Source of the DNA: Actinomycetes bacterium
GTDB lineage: Bacteria > Actinomycetota > Acidimicrobiia > Acidimicrobiales > Bog-793
Length of the DNA: 64,000 bases
Reading direction: 5' to 3'
Assembly: GCA_021809425.1 (NCBI GenBank)
Contig: JAKBAA010000006.1
Location: 1,119-65,118, forward strand
Shown in pieces: positions 52,363-61,868 of this stretch. The stretch's first letter is position 1. Every line of letters begins with the position of its first letter. The position numbers and the translations under genes are program-made. The notes beneath the pieces are model-generated. The model ran no database searches, was not told the DNA's origin, and was given only the letters and a program-made list of their open reading frames with translations.

Positions 52363-55029
52363 TCAGGCGCGCAGGATCGCCCCGAGCCGCTCGGCGGCAA
52401 GCGCGATGGCGGCAGAGCGGAAGGCCGCGACGTCCTGGTCGGACAGCGTCCGCTCGAGGGCACGAAGGCGCGTGCGCACGGTGACCGAGCGCGTGCCGTC
52501 CCCGGCGCGGTAGGCGTCGAGGACGGCGACCGCCTCGCCGAGGTCGCCGGCCGCCTCCCGCACGACGGCGACCAGGTCGTCAGCCGGGCGAGCCTCGGCG
52601 AGGACGAAGGCCAGGTCGACGTCGCTCGACGGGTAGCGGCTGACCGGCCGGGCGAGCGGGCTCCGCCGGGGGGTGGCGAGCAGGCCGGCCACGTCGCACA
52701 CGAGCCAGCCGACCCGGCGGCCGGGCGGCAGGTCGAAGGTGGCGAGCAGCGACGGATCGACCTCGCCGAGCGCCCCGACACAGCGCCCCGACGAGCCCGA
52801 GCCCTGGCGGATCCAGGCGGCGCGGCTCGGGTGACAGCCGGCGAGGAGGTCCCCGACAAGGCCCTCGCCGGCGCCCCCGCCGGCACGGTCCCCGTCGCCA
52901 CGGCCGGCACGGTCCTCCGCTGCTGCAGCGCCGGCCCGCAGCCGGGGCTGGTCGAGCGCCAGCGCGTCCGGGTCCAGGCCGAGCCCGTCGACGAGGCGCC
53001 ACCAGCAGGCGACGGCGGCGCTCGCGTCGTCGCCGGGTGCGCCGAGCAGGACGCCCACGAGCTCGCGCTCTTCGACGTGGGCCTGGAGCAGGCCGTCGCC
53101 GGCGGGACCGGGCGTCGCGGGGGCGGTCGGGCGGGCGGCGAAGACGGCGCCGAGCTCGAAGAGGCGGACGTCGTCGTTCTGGCGGCTGACGTTGCGACGC
53201 AGGGCGTCGAGCAGGCCGGGCAGGAGGTGCGTGCGCAGCGCCGACTCCTCGGCCACCATCGGGTTGGCGAGCGCGACGGCACCGGCCCGCACCTCGAGCC
53301 GGCGGGCGACCGTCGGGTCGACGATGGAGCTCGTCCAGGCCTCGTCGACCCCGGCGCCGGTGAGCAGCCGGCGGAGCCGCCGCCGCAGCACCTGCCCGTC
53401 GCTCAGGCGGCCCACGCCGGGAGCGCGCCGCGGGGTGCCGGCGATGCGCTCGTAGCCGTAGTGGCGGGCGACCTCCTCGACGACGTCCACCTCGAGGGTG
53501 ACGTCGGGGCGGAACGACGGGACGGTCACCTCGAGGCCGCCGGGGAGGGGCGAGGTCGTGAAGCCGATCGGCTCGAGGCAGCCGGCCGCCTCCTCGGCGG
53601 CGAGGGCGGTGCCGAGCACGCCGTTCAACCGGTCGGTGCGAAGGACGATCCGCCGCGCCGGGCGCGCCACGGCACGCACGTCGACCACGCCGGCGGCCAC
53701 GAGCGGGGCAGGGGCGCCCGCCGCCGCGGCGGCGGCCGCAACGAGCTCGACGACACGGTCGGCGGCGCGCACGAGCCCTTCGGGGTCGATGCCCCGCTCG
53801 AAGCGCACCGACGCCTCGCTGCGCAGCCCGTGGTGGCGCGCCGAGCGCACGATGCGGCGCGGCTCGAAGGCTGCCGCCTCGAGCAGCACACGGGTCGTCG
53901 TCGCGCTGACCTCGGTGGCAGCCCCACCCATCACCCCGGCAAGGCCGACCACGTGGTCGTCGAGGTCGGCGACGACGCACTCGTGGCGAACGTCGGCCTG
54001 GCGTTGGTCGGCCCCGGCAGCGGCGCCGACCGGCAGGGTGAGCTGGCCGAGGTGGCGCTCGACGCCGTCGAGCGTGACGAGTTGCTCGCCCGGGCGCGCG
54101 AGGCGCACGGCGATGCCACCGCCGCCCAGCCGGTCGAGGTCGTAGGCGTGGGTCGGCTGGCCGAGCTCGAGCATGACGTAGTTGGTCGCGTCGACGACGG
54201 CCGAGATCGGGCGCATCCCGGCGAGGACCAGCCGGCGCTGCACCTGCGGCGGCGAGGCGACCGGCACCAGCTGCTCGACGACCCGCACGACCAGCCGCTC
54301 GCAGGCCTCCGGGGCGGCCACCTCCGCCCGGGCCAGCCCGGCGGCCGGCGGCCCGGCCTCGACCGGCTGCGGCGTCGGGACGGTGAGCGGCAGCCGTGCC
54401 ATCGCGGCAAGGTCGCGGGCGACGCCGAGGATGCACAGGGCATCCGGCCGGTTGGGCTCGACGGCGAGGTCGAGGACGACGTCCGGTCGCAGACCGAGGT
54501 GCTCGGCGAGCGGCTGGCCGAGCGCGAGTGCGCCGGGAGCACCGGCGGCTGCCTCGTGGGCGCCGTCACCGACCCCCCGCTCGAGCACGAGGATGCCGGC
54601 GGCGTCGGTCGCCAGCTCGAGCTCGGCGCTCGAGCAGAGCATGCCGTTCGAGGTCACCCCACGGAGGGCCCGACGCTCGATGCGCATCCCGCCGGGCAGC
54701 GTCGTGCCGACGGTGGCGAGCGGCACGACGTCACCGAGGCCGAAGTTCCAGGCGCCGCAGACGACCTCGACGGGCTCGTTGCCGCCGGCGTCGACGAGGA
54801 CGCGCCGGATGCGATCGGCCCCCTTGATCGGGCCGATCTCGACGACCCGCGCCAGCACGACGCCCGGCAGGTCGCCAGGGACGGGGGTGACGCGCTCCAC
54901 CACGAGGCCCAGGCTGTCGAGCGTCTCGGTGAGCCGGCGCAGGCCGGGGCCGGTCACCGGCACGCCGCCGGGGCCGAAGAAGGCCTCGAGCGGCACGAAG
55001 TCGCCGAGCCACGAGAGCGGGACGAGCAC
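52363..55029 (-). CDS. pheT: phenylalanine-tRNA ligase beta subunit
   Basis: VPLSWL, VVCGAWN, PNRPD, RFERG, FDX-ACB domain. Confidence 0.97.
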   Translation of the reverse strand: MLVPLSWLGDFVPLEAFFGPGGVPVTGPGLRRLTETLDSLGLVVERVTPVPGDLPGVVLARVVEIGPIKGADRIRRVLVDAGGNEPVEVVCGAWNFGLGDVVPLATVGTTLPGGMRIERRALRGVTSNGMLCSSAELELATDAAGILVLERGVGDGAHEAAAGAPGALALGQPLAEHLGLRPDVVLDLAVEPNRPDALCILGVARDLAAMARLPLTVPTPQPVEAGPPAAGLARAEVAAPEACERLVVRVVEQLVPVASPPQVQRRLVLAGMRPISAVVDATNYVMLELGQPTHAYDLDRLGGGGIAVRLARPGEQLVTLDGVERHLGQLTLPVGAAAGADQRQADVRHECVVADLDDHVVGLAGVMGGAATEVSATTTRVLLEAAAFEPRRIVRSARHHGLRSEASVRFERGIDPEGLVRAADRVVELVAAAAAAAGAPAPLVAAGVVDVRAVARPARRIVLRTDRLNGVLGTALAAEEAAGCLEPIGFTTSPLPGGLEVTVPSFRPDVTLEVDVVEEVARHYGYERIAGTPRRAPGVGRLSDGQVLRRRLRRLLTGAGVDEAWTSSIVDPTVARRLEVRAGAVALANPMVAEESALRTHLLPGLLDALRRNVSRQNDDVRLFELGAVFAARPTAPATPGPAGDGLLQAHVEERELVGVLLGAPGDDASAAVACWWRLVDGLGLDPDALALDQPRLRAGAAAAEDRAGRGDGDRAGGGAGEGLVGDLLAGCHPSRAAWIRQGSGSSGRCVGALGEVDPSLLATFDLPPGRRVGWLVCDVAGLLATPRRSPLARPVSRYPSSDVDLAFVLAEARPADDLVAVVREAAGDLGEAVAVLDAYRAGDGTRSVTVRTRLRALERTLSDQDVAAFRSAAIALAAERLGAILRA

Positions 55030-55071
55030 CGGGCTCCTTTCGGTGGGAAGGGGGACGGGGGGACGGGGTTG

Positions 55072-56223
55072 TCAGAGCTGGCGCAGGAAGCGCACGTCGT
55101 TCTCGATGAACGTGCGCAGGTCCTCCACCTCGTGGCGCATGAGGGCCAGCCGGTCGATGCCGAACCCGAAGGCGAAGCCCGACCACTCCTCCGGATCGAC
55201 CCCGGTGGCCTGGAACACGGCCGGGTGGACCATGCCGCAGCCGCCGAGCTCGATCCAGCCCACCTGGCCGCAGGTGCGGCAACCCTCGCCACCGCAGATG
55301 GTGCAGGTCACCTCGAACTCTGCCGACGGCTCGGTGAAGGGGAAGTAGGCCGGCCGGAGCCGGGATCGGGTGCCCTCGCCGAAGATGGCCCGGACGAACG
55401 TGTCGATCGTGCCGACGAGGTCGGCGAAGGTGACGCCGCGGTCGACGACGAACCCCTCGATCTGGTGGAACACCGGCAGGTGGCGGGCGTCGGCGGTGTC
55501 CCGGCGGTAGACACGGCCGGGGGCGACGGCGTAGATGGGCAGCTGGCCGCGCTCGAGCAGGCGGACCTGCACCGGGGAGGTCTGGCTTCGAAGCAGCAGC
55601 GAGGCGCCCCCGGCGAGGTCCAGGTAGAAGCTGTCCTGGGCGCTGCGCGCCGGGTGGTCGGGCGGCATGTTGAGCGCCGTGAAGTTGTGCCAGTCCGACT
55701 CCGCCTCGGGCCCCTCGGCGATCTCGTAGCCCATCCCGACGAACACGTCCTCGAGCTCCTCGCGCACCTGGGTGACCACGTGCAGGTGCCCCGGCCGCCA
55801 GCGCGCCGTGACCTCGGTCAGGTCGAGGGCGTCCGCTGCCAGCTGGGCGGCGCGCGCCTCGGTGGCGAGCTCGGCGGCACGCGCCTCGGCGAGCGACTCC
55901 AGCTCGGCACGCCGGTCGTTCAGCACGAGCCCCACCCGGCGGCGCTCGTCCGGGTCGAGCGCCCCGAGGCTGCGCCGCCAGACGAGCAGGGGCGAGCTCC
56001 GTCCGAGATGGGCGTGGCGGGCGGCCTCGAGCGCCTCGAGCGAGCCGGCCGCCTGGAGGGCCCCGCGGGCGGCGGCGGCGGCGGCCTCGACCGCTCCGGG
56101 GTCGGGGGGCGCCTCGGTCCCCGTTCCGCCCGTCGTGTCGTCGCCCATCGTCCCGTCCTCGCCCTCGGCCCGCCCACCCCTGCCGTCGCCCGCCGGGCGG
56201 CCCCGGGCGGGCAACCTGCTCAT
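55072..56223 (-). CDS. pheS: phenylalanine-tRNA ligase alpha subunit
   Basis: HPAR, FHQIEG, YFPFTEPS, GFAFGFG. Confidence 0.97.
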   Translation of the reverse strand: MSRLPARGRPAGDGRGGRAEGEDGTMGDDTTGGTGTEAPPDPGAVEAAAAAARGALQAAGSLEALEAARHAHLGRSSPLLVWRRSLGALDPDERRRVGLVLNDRRAELESLAEARAAELATEARAAQLAADALDLTEVTARWRPGHLHVVTQVREELEDVFVGMGYEIAEGPEAESDWHNFTALNMPPDHPARSAQDSFYLDLAGGASLLLRSQTSPVQVRLLERGQLPIYAVAPGRVYRRDTADARHLPVFHQIEGFVVDRGVTFADLVGTIDTFVRAIFGEGTRSRLRPAYFPFTEPSAEFEVTCTICGGEGCRTCGQVGWIELGGCGMVHPAVFQATGVDPEEWSGFAFGFGIDRLALMRHEVEDLRTFIENDVRFLRQL

Positions 56224-57065
56224 CGTAGGTGCTCGCCCGCCGACGCCTGGCCGGCGCGGCGACGGCGGGCGGCCTCGAAGCAGAGCACCGTGGCGGCCAT
56301 CGCCACGTTGAGGGACTCACCGCCTCCGGCCATCGGGATCGTGACCACCCCGTCCAGCTGCGCCTGCAACGACGGGTCGAGCCCGTTGGCCTCGTTGCCG
56401 AGCACCAGGGCCACCGGTGGCTCGAGGGAGGCCGACAGGTAGTCGTCGCCGTGGCGGGCCACCGTGGCGAGGGACCGCACCCCGGCGGCCCGCAGCGCCT
56501 CGAGCACCCCGGCAGGGTCCCCCCCGACGGCCAGGCGGACCCGCACGAGTGCCCCGGCCGAGGCCCGGACGACCTTCGGGTTGTACGGGTCGGCGCTCTC
56601 CCCGCAGACCACCACGCCGGCGCACCCGGCGGCGTCGGCGCTGCGCACGATGGCCCCGAGGTTGCCCGGGTCGCGCACCGTGACGCAGACCACCACCGGC
56701 CCCTCGGCGAGCGCCGCCGGCGCCAGGAGGTCGCCGAGCGGGACGTCGACGAAGGGCGCCACGGCGCACACCGGCTGCGGGGTCACCGTGTCGCTCACCG
56801 CCTCGAGCAGCCCGGGACGCAACGTGAACACCCGGGCGCCGGCGTCCCGGGCGCGCCCGATCAGCGCGCCGACGCCGCGCGCCTCCTCGGCGCCCGGCGC
56901 GTGGAACACCGCTTCGAGCGGCACCGCCGCCTCGAGGGCGGCCTCGACGAGCTTGGCGCCCTCGAGCACGAACCGCTCCTCGTGCTGGCGGGCCGCCCGC
57001 TGGTGGATGAGCCGGCGGAGCCGCTGCACCCGCTGGTGGCGCGGGCCGAGCAGCAGCTCGCTCAG
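56220..57065 (-). CDS. TrmH/SpoU family RNA methyltransferase (probable CTG start)
   Basis: [22 protein letters not shown]. Confidence 0.93.
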   Translation of the reverse strand: MSELLLGPRHQRVQRLRRLIHQRAARQHEERFVLEGAKLVEAALEAAVPLEAVFHAPGAEEARGVGALIGRARDAGARVFTLRPGLLEAVSDTVTPQPVCAVAPFVDVPLGDLLAPAALAEGPVVVCVTVRDPGNLGAIVRSADAAGCAGVVVCGESADPYNPKVVRASAGALVRVRLAVGGDPAGVLEALRAAGVRSLATVARHGDDYLSASLEPPVALVLGNEANGLDPSLQAQLDGVVTIPMAGGGESLNVAMAATVLCFEAARRRRAGQASAGEHLR

Positions 57066-57457
57066 GAAGCCGCCTCCGCCCCCTCCAGGCCGGCGTCGTC
57101 GCCGGCGAGCGACTCGCCCGCCACGGCGACGAGGGCGCGGAAGGCCGCCTCGTCCCGCACGGCGAGGTCGGCGAGGATCTTGCGGTCCACCTCGACCCCG
57201 GCCCGGTGCAGGCCGGCGATGAAGCGGCTGTAGCTCATCCCCTCCGCCCGGGCCGCCGCGTTGATCCGCTGGATCCACAGCTTGCGGAAGTCGCCCTTGC
57301 GGGCCCGGCGGTCACGATAGGCGTACTGCAGGGAGTGCATCACCTGCTCGTTCGCCGCCCGGTACGACCGGGACTTGTTGCCGTAGTAACCCTTTGCCCG
57401 CTCGAGGACGGCTCTGTGGTGCTTCTTTGCGTGGACGGCGCGCTTCACCCTGGCCAT
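57062..57457 (-). CDS. rplT: 50S ribosomal protein L20
   Basis: MARVKR...[11 protein letters not shown]. Confidence 0.98.
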   Translation of the reverse strand: MARVKRAVHAKKHHRAVLERAKGYYGNKSRSYRAANEQVMHSLQYAYRDRRARKGDFRKLWIQRINAAARAEGMSYSRFIAGLHRAGVEVDRKILADLAVRDEAAFRALVAVAGESLAGDDAGLEGAEAAS

Positions 57458-57530
57458 CGGGGTGCTCCTTTCGACGAGATCGACGTGGCCCGGCACCGAA
57501 GCCGGGTCCGTGTGCGGTGCGGTAGTGCGC

Positions 57531-57725
57531 TCAGATCCCGAGCAGCCGCCTCACCTGCCGGCGGTCGCCGGCCGAGATCTCGACGTCGTGGCCGAGGCGG
57601 CGGGTGCGCCGGGTCGGCTTCTTCTCGAGCAGGTGCTTGCGGTTGGCCTGGCGGCGCAGGATCTTGCCGCTCCCGGTCACCTTGAAGCGCGCGGCCGCAC
57701 CCCGGTCGGTCTTCATCTTGGGCAT
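57531..57725 (-). CDS. rpmI: 50S ribosomal protein L35
   Basis: MPKMKT...RFKVTGSGK. Confidence 0.98.
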   Translation of the reverse strand: MPKMKTDRGAAARFKVTGSGKILRRQANRKHLLEKKPTRRTRRLGHDVEISAGDRRQVRRLLGI

Positions 57726-57728
57726 CGC

Positions 57729-58553
57729 TCAGGCATCTCCGCTGGTCGTCGGGGCGCCGCCGATGGCCGGCGCTCCCAGCTGCTGTGGTCGGGGTGCACC
57801 GTCGGTCGCCGGTGCCGCCGCGACGGCCATCTGCGGGGCCGGCGCGGCGCCGTTGGTGGTGGGGCCGTCGGCGGTGGGGCCGTCGGCGGTGGGGCCGTCG
57901 GTGGTGGGGCCGCTCGTGGTGGGGCCGCTCGTGGTGGGGCCGCTCGTGGTGGGGCCGCCCGCAGGGTCCGCCGAGACCGGCTCGCCCGAACCGCCCTGGG
58001 CCGTCTTGGCCGCCTGGGACTGGCGGGCCCGCTTGTCGGGGGCCAGCACCATCACCATGTTGCGGCCGTCGAGGCGTGCCTCGGACTCGATCTTGGCGAC
58101 GCCGGCGACCCGCTCGGCGATCCGGTCGAGGATCCGCTTGCCGAGCTCGGAGTGGAACACCTCGCGGCCGCGGAACATGATCGTGACCTTGACCTTGTGG
58201 CCGTCTGCCAGGAACTTCTCCACCTGACGGGTCTTCGTGTCGAAGTCGCCCGGGCCGATCTTCGGCCGGTACTTCATCTCCTTGATGCCGACGTTGGTCG
58301 CCTTGCGCCGCGACTCCTTGGCCCGCTGCGCCTCGTCGAACTTGAACTTGCCGTAGTCCATGATGCGGGCCACCGGCGGGGAGGCCAGCGGGGCCACCTC
58401 GACGAGGTCCAGGTCCATCTGACGGGCGATCGCGAGGGCTTCCGGCAACGGCTTGATGCCGAGCTGCTGGCCTTCCGGATCGACGAGGCGGACCTCACGA
58501 GCCCGGATACGGTCGTTCAGGCGTGGCTCGTTGGCGGTCGTGGCGCTGGAGAT
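57729..58553 (-). CDS. infC: translation initiation factor IF-3 (ATC start)
   Basis: Frame extends 5' of the ORF-track start to ATC TCC...EPRLNDRIRAREVR. An in-frame TGA lies three codons upstream; SD is GAGGAG. Confidence 0.95.
   Translation of the reverse strand: MSSATTANEPRLNDRIRAREVRLVDPEGQQLGIKPLPEALAIARQMDLDLVEVAPLASPPVARIMDYGKFKFDEAQRAKESRRKATNVGIKEMKYRPKIGPGDFDTKTRQVEKFLADGHKVKVTIMFRGREVFHSELGKRILDRIAERVAGVAKIESEARLDGRNMVMVLAPDKRARQSQAAKTAQGGSGEPVSADPAGGPTTSGPTTSGPTTSGPTTDGPTADGPTADGPTTNGAAPAPQMAVAAAPATDGAPRPQQLGAPAIGGAPTTSGDA
57855..57957. repeat. 15-bp coding tandem repeat x7 (GPTTS/GPTAD) in the IF-3 tail
   Basis: Repeated gtggtggggccgctc / gcggtggggccgtcg units. Confidence 0.85.
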
Positions 58554-58561
58554 CTGGCATC

Positions 58562-58700
58562 ACTCCTCTCGGTGGGAGCCCCGCTCTCGCAGGGCGCCGG
58601 CGGGGTACGCGACGCGATCGGCTCGACCACCGAGACCCGGTGCACGCGCACGAGGGCGGTGACCGGGTGGGAGTCACCGTGGTGGCCCCGCTTTCCCCAG
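58562..58700 (-). promoter_or_regulatory. structured 5' leader of infC-rpmI-rplT (possible L20 autoregulatory leader)
   Basis: Hairpin CGGTGAC/GTCACCG whose loop contains ACCCG, complementary to a downstream CGGGT (pseudoknot potential). Position fits an L20 leader. Confidence 0.45.
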
Positions 58701-58725
58701 TTCAGTTTGGTTCTAGGCTAGCAGC

Positions 58726-59238
58726 ATGAGCAGCCTGTGGACACCGGGCGGAGAGCACCGTGTGCCCCGCGAGGGCGCCGGCGGGCACGACGGCGGCCGG
58801 GGCGGGTACGACGGCGGCCGGGGCGGCCCCGCCGGCTCGCCGGGGCGGGCGGGCGGCGAGGTCGAGGTGGACGGGGTGGCGGGCGACGGGATCGCCGAGG
58901 CGGAGCTGGCCGCCGAGGAGCTGGCGGCGCTCGAGGCCGAGCTGGCCGCCGTGCCGGCCGCCGACGTCGTCGCCAACCACTGCTACGGGCTGTTCGAGCT
59001 GGCGGCGGTGCACCTCCGCCAGCAGCCGCCCCGCCTGGACCAGGCGGCAGTGGCGATCGACGCCCTGGGCGCCGTCGTCGAGCGGCTCGGGGCGCGCCTC
59101 GGTGCCTCGGCCGCCCAGCTGCAGGAAGGGCTGACGTCGATCCGGCTGGTGTACGTCCAGCTCGCCTCGCCGCCACCCGCCGACCCCGATGCGGCCGGCG
59201 CCGAGGTGCCGCCGGCAGGCACGGAGACGGCCAGCTGA
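58726..59238 (+). CDS. DUF1844-like protein
   Basis: LWTPGGE, ANHCYGLFELAAVHL, AIDAL; typical position divergent from infC. Confidence 0.8.
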   Translation: MSSLWTPGGEHRVPREGAGGHDGGRGGYDGGRGGPAGSPGRAGGEVEVDGVAGDGIAEAELAAEELAALEAELAAVPAADVVANHCYGLFELAAVHLRQQPPRLDQAAVAIDALGAVVERLGARLGASAAQLQEGLTSIRLVYVQLASPPPADPDAAGAEVPPAGTETAS

Positions 59239-60059
59239 CGTTCCGCCTGGTCGCCACCGACCTCGACGGGACGCTCGTGCTCCCTGACGGCTCGGTGAGC
59301 GAGCGCAATGCGGCGGCGCTCGCCCGCGCGGCGACCGCCGGGGCGACCATCGTGCTCGTCACCGGCCGACCCCACCGGCGGGTGGAGGCGCTGGCTCGGT
59401 CGCTCCCCTGCCACCCCATCGTGCTCTGTGCCAACGGCGCCCTCGTCTACGACGCCTCCGCCGGCAAGGTGGTCAGGGCGCACCCGATCGACCCGGCCAC
59501 GGCAGCGGTGGTGGTGGCCCGCCTGCGGGCGGCACTCCCCGACGCCGCCTTCGCCGTCGAGCACGTCGGCGGGTTCGGCTACGAGCCGGGGTACCCGCTC
59601 ACCTACGACGTCCCCGACGGCGCCCTCGTGGCCGTCGTCGAGGAGCTCGTCGCCGTCGGGCCGACCAAGCTGCTCGCTCGCGGGCCCCGGCCGGACGGCC
59701 CTGTGGCAGCGCCGCCGCCGGGCTGGGCGGACCCCGAGGCGTTGTACGCCCTCGCCCGGGCGGCCGTCGGCGAGCTCGCAGAGCTGACCATGTCGGCCAC
59801 CGACGGCCTGCTCGAGGTGGCCGCCCGAGGCGTCACCAAGGCGGTCGCCCTCGCCGGGCTCGCCAGGGAGCTCGGGGTGACCGCCGAGGAGGTCGTCGCC
59901 TTCGGCGACATGCGCAACGACATCCCCATGCTCGAGTGGGCCGGGCATGGCGTCGCCATGGGCAACGCACCCGCCGACGTCCAGGCGGTCGCCGACGAGG
60001 TGACCCGCCGCTTCGACGAGGACGGCGTGGCCGTCGTCCTCGAGCGCGCCTTCCCCTGA
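59235..60059 (+). CDS. Cof-type HAD hydrolase (probable CTG start)
   Basis: ATDLDGTL, TGR, GVTKA, FGDMRND, AMGNA. Confidence 0.93.
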   Translation: MTFRLVATDLDGTLVLPDGSVSERNAAALARAATAGATIVLVTGRPHRRVEALARSLPCHPIVLCANGALVYDASAGKVVRAHPIDPATAAVVVARLRAALPDAAFAVEHVGGFGYEPGYPLTYDVPDGALVAVVEELVAVGPTKLLARGPRPDGPVAAPPPGWADPEALYALARAAVGELAELTMSATDGLLEVAARGVTKAVALAGLARELGVTAEEVVAFGDMRNDIPMLEWAGHGVAMGNAPADVQAVADEVTRRFDEDGVAVVLERAFP

Positions 60060-60080
60060 GCGGGACGCCCCGGACGGGCG

Positions 60081-60383
60081 TCAGGCCGCCGGGGCGGGGG
60101 TGGCAACGAGCTGGACGGCCTCGAAGATGCCACCGTGGGCCGCCCGAAGGGCGAAGACGACCGGCGTGCCCTCGGCGATGCGGCGAGTGCCGTCGGCGAT
60201 CTCGACACAGTGGAAGGGGTACCGGCCGCGCTCGTCCTCGACCTCGCCGGTGCAGCGCTCGGACGAGAAGGCGACGACGCGGCCCTGGCGCAACGAGGCG
60301 AGGCGGCCCGGCTGGGTCGCCACCGGCCGGGCCTCGCCGAGCTGGGCCTCGCCGAGCTGGGCGCCTCCTGCCGGGTCGGTCAC
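60081..60383 (-). CDS. small cold-shock/OB-fold-like protein
   Basis: QGRVVAF...YPFHCVEIADGTR.I..G.PVVF; coupled to hisG. Confidence 0.65.
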   Translation of the reverse strand: MTDPAGGAQLGEAQLGEARPVATQPGRLASLRQGRVVAFSSERCTGEVEDERGRYPFHCVEIADGTRRIAEGTPVVFALRAAHGGIFEAVQLVATPAPAA

Positions 60384-61255
60384 GGGACGATCTTGGAGAG
60401 CGGCAGCTCGATGAGGTCGGTGGCGCCACGCTCTTTCAGCTCGGGGATGAGCGTGTTGATGGTCGACTTCGGCACGACCGCCTCGAGGGCGAAGCCGTCG
60501 GTGCCGAAGAGCTGGGAGACCGTCGGCGACTTCATCGAGGGCAGCACCTCGATGACGGCGTCGAGGTGGGCGGCGGCAACGTTGAGCTTGACGAGCACGT
60601 TGCGGCGGGCGTCGAGCGCGCCCTGGAGCAAGGTGCGGATCTGGTGCATGGCGTGGGCCTTCGCCGGGTCGGCGGCCGCCTCCTTGCTGGCGACGAGCTC
60701 GGTGTAGGAGGAGAGCACCTCCGCCACGATCCGCAGCCCGGCCGCCCGCAGCGCCCGCCCGGTCTCGGTGATCTCGACGACGGCGTCGGCGATGTCGGGG
60801 ATCTTCGCCTCGGTCGCCCCGTAGGAGAGGCGGACGTCGGCCTTGACGCCGTGGTCCAGGAGGAAGCGCTCGGTCAGGTTGGGGTACTCCGTGGCCACCC
60901 GGGCACCGGCCGGCAGGTCCTCGACGGCCTGGATCGGCGAGCCGGCGTCGACGGCGAGCACGACCCGGATCGGCCGGTCGGTCGCCTTCGAGTACGGGAG
61001 CACGCCGAGCGACACCACCTCGGCGCCGCGCTCCTCGATCCAGTCCCGACCGGTCACGCCGAGGTCGAACAGCCCCTCGGCGACGTAGACCGGGATCTCC
61101 TGGGGACGCAGGATGCGGACCTCGTCGATGCGCGGATCGTCGATGCTCGCCCGATAGTCGACGTCGGATCGGCGCCGCACGGCCAGGTCGGCGGCCTCGA
61201 ACAGCTCGAGCGTCGGACGCTCGAGCGAGCCCTTCGGAAGCACCAGGCGCAGCAT
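60380..61255 (-). CDS. hisG: ATP phosphoribosyltransferase (long form)
   Basis: LPKGSL, RPQEIP, DLGVTG, ATEYP, GATE, ETGRAL, C-terminal regulatory domain. Confidence 0.96.
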   Translation of the reverse strand: MLRLVLPKGSLERPTLELFEAADLAVRRRSDVDYRASIDDPRIDEVRILRPQEIPVYVAEGLFDLGVTGRDWIEERGAEVVSLGVLPYSKATDRPIRVVLAVDAGSPIQAVEDLPAGARVATEYPNLTERFLLDHGVKADVRLSYGATEAKIPDIADAVVEITETGRALRAAGLRIVAEVLSSYTELVASKEAAADPAKAHAMHQIRTLLQGALDARRNVLVKLNVAAAHLDAVIEVLPSMKSPTVSQLFGTDGFALEAVVPKSTINTLIPELKERGATDLIELPLSKIVP

Positions 61256-61259
61256 CGCC

Positions 61260-61868
61260 CTAGCCTGCCACGGCGCCGAGCATGCGCAGGACGGCGGCCA
61301 TCTCGAGCGCCGTCTCGACCGCCTCGGCACCCTTGTCGCCGTGATCGCCGCCGGAGCGTGCCAGCGCCTGGGCGCGGTCCTCGGTGGTGAGCACCCCGAA
61401 CACGACCGGGATGCCCGTGTCCAGCTGGACGGCCTGGCAGCCGGCTGCGCACTGGCCGGCCACGAAGTCGTAGTGGCTCGTCTCCCCCCGGATCACCGCC
61501 CCGAGGCAGGCGACGGCGTCGACGCGGCCCGACCGGGCGAGGGCGCCGGCCGCCAGCGGCAGCTCGAAGGCGCCGGGGACCTCCACGACGACGACGTCGC
61601 CGTCGTCGATCCCCGCCGCCCGCCACCCGGCACGCGCCCCGACGAGCAGCCGCCCGGTGACGTCGCCGTTGAACCGGGCAGCGACCACCCCGAGCCGCAC
61701 CGGCACCCCGCCCGGGGCAGCCTCGGGCTCGGCGGTGAGGTAGGTGACGGCACCCGCACCGAGCGCCGCTTGCAGGGCGCCACGCGCACCGGGGCCGTGG
61801 TCGCCCGGTCCCTGGCTGCCAGCGGTGGCGGGGGCGGGGGCGGCGGAGGGCAGCTCAGTCGAGGCCAT
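61260..61868 (-). CDS. ribH: 6,7-dimethyl-8-ribityllumazine synthase
   Basis: [25 protein letters not shown]. Confidence 0.96.
   Translation of the reverse strand: MASTELPSAAPAPATAGSQGPGDHGPGARGALQAALGAGAVTYLTAEPEAAPGGVPVRLGVVAARFNGDVTGRLLVGARAGWRAAGIDDGDVVVVEVPGAFELPLAAGALARSGRVDAVACLGAVIRGETSHYDFVAGQCAAGCQAVQLDTGIPVVFGVLTTEDRAQALARSGGDHGDKGAEAVETALEMAAVLRMLGAVAG

Noticed and set aside
57855-57957. Periodic repeats that might look like a CRISPR array
   Set aside because: Contiguous in-frame coding repeats without unique spacers. No cas genes in the window.
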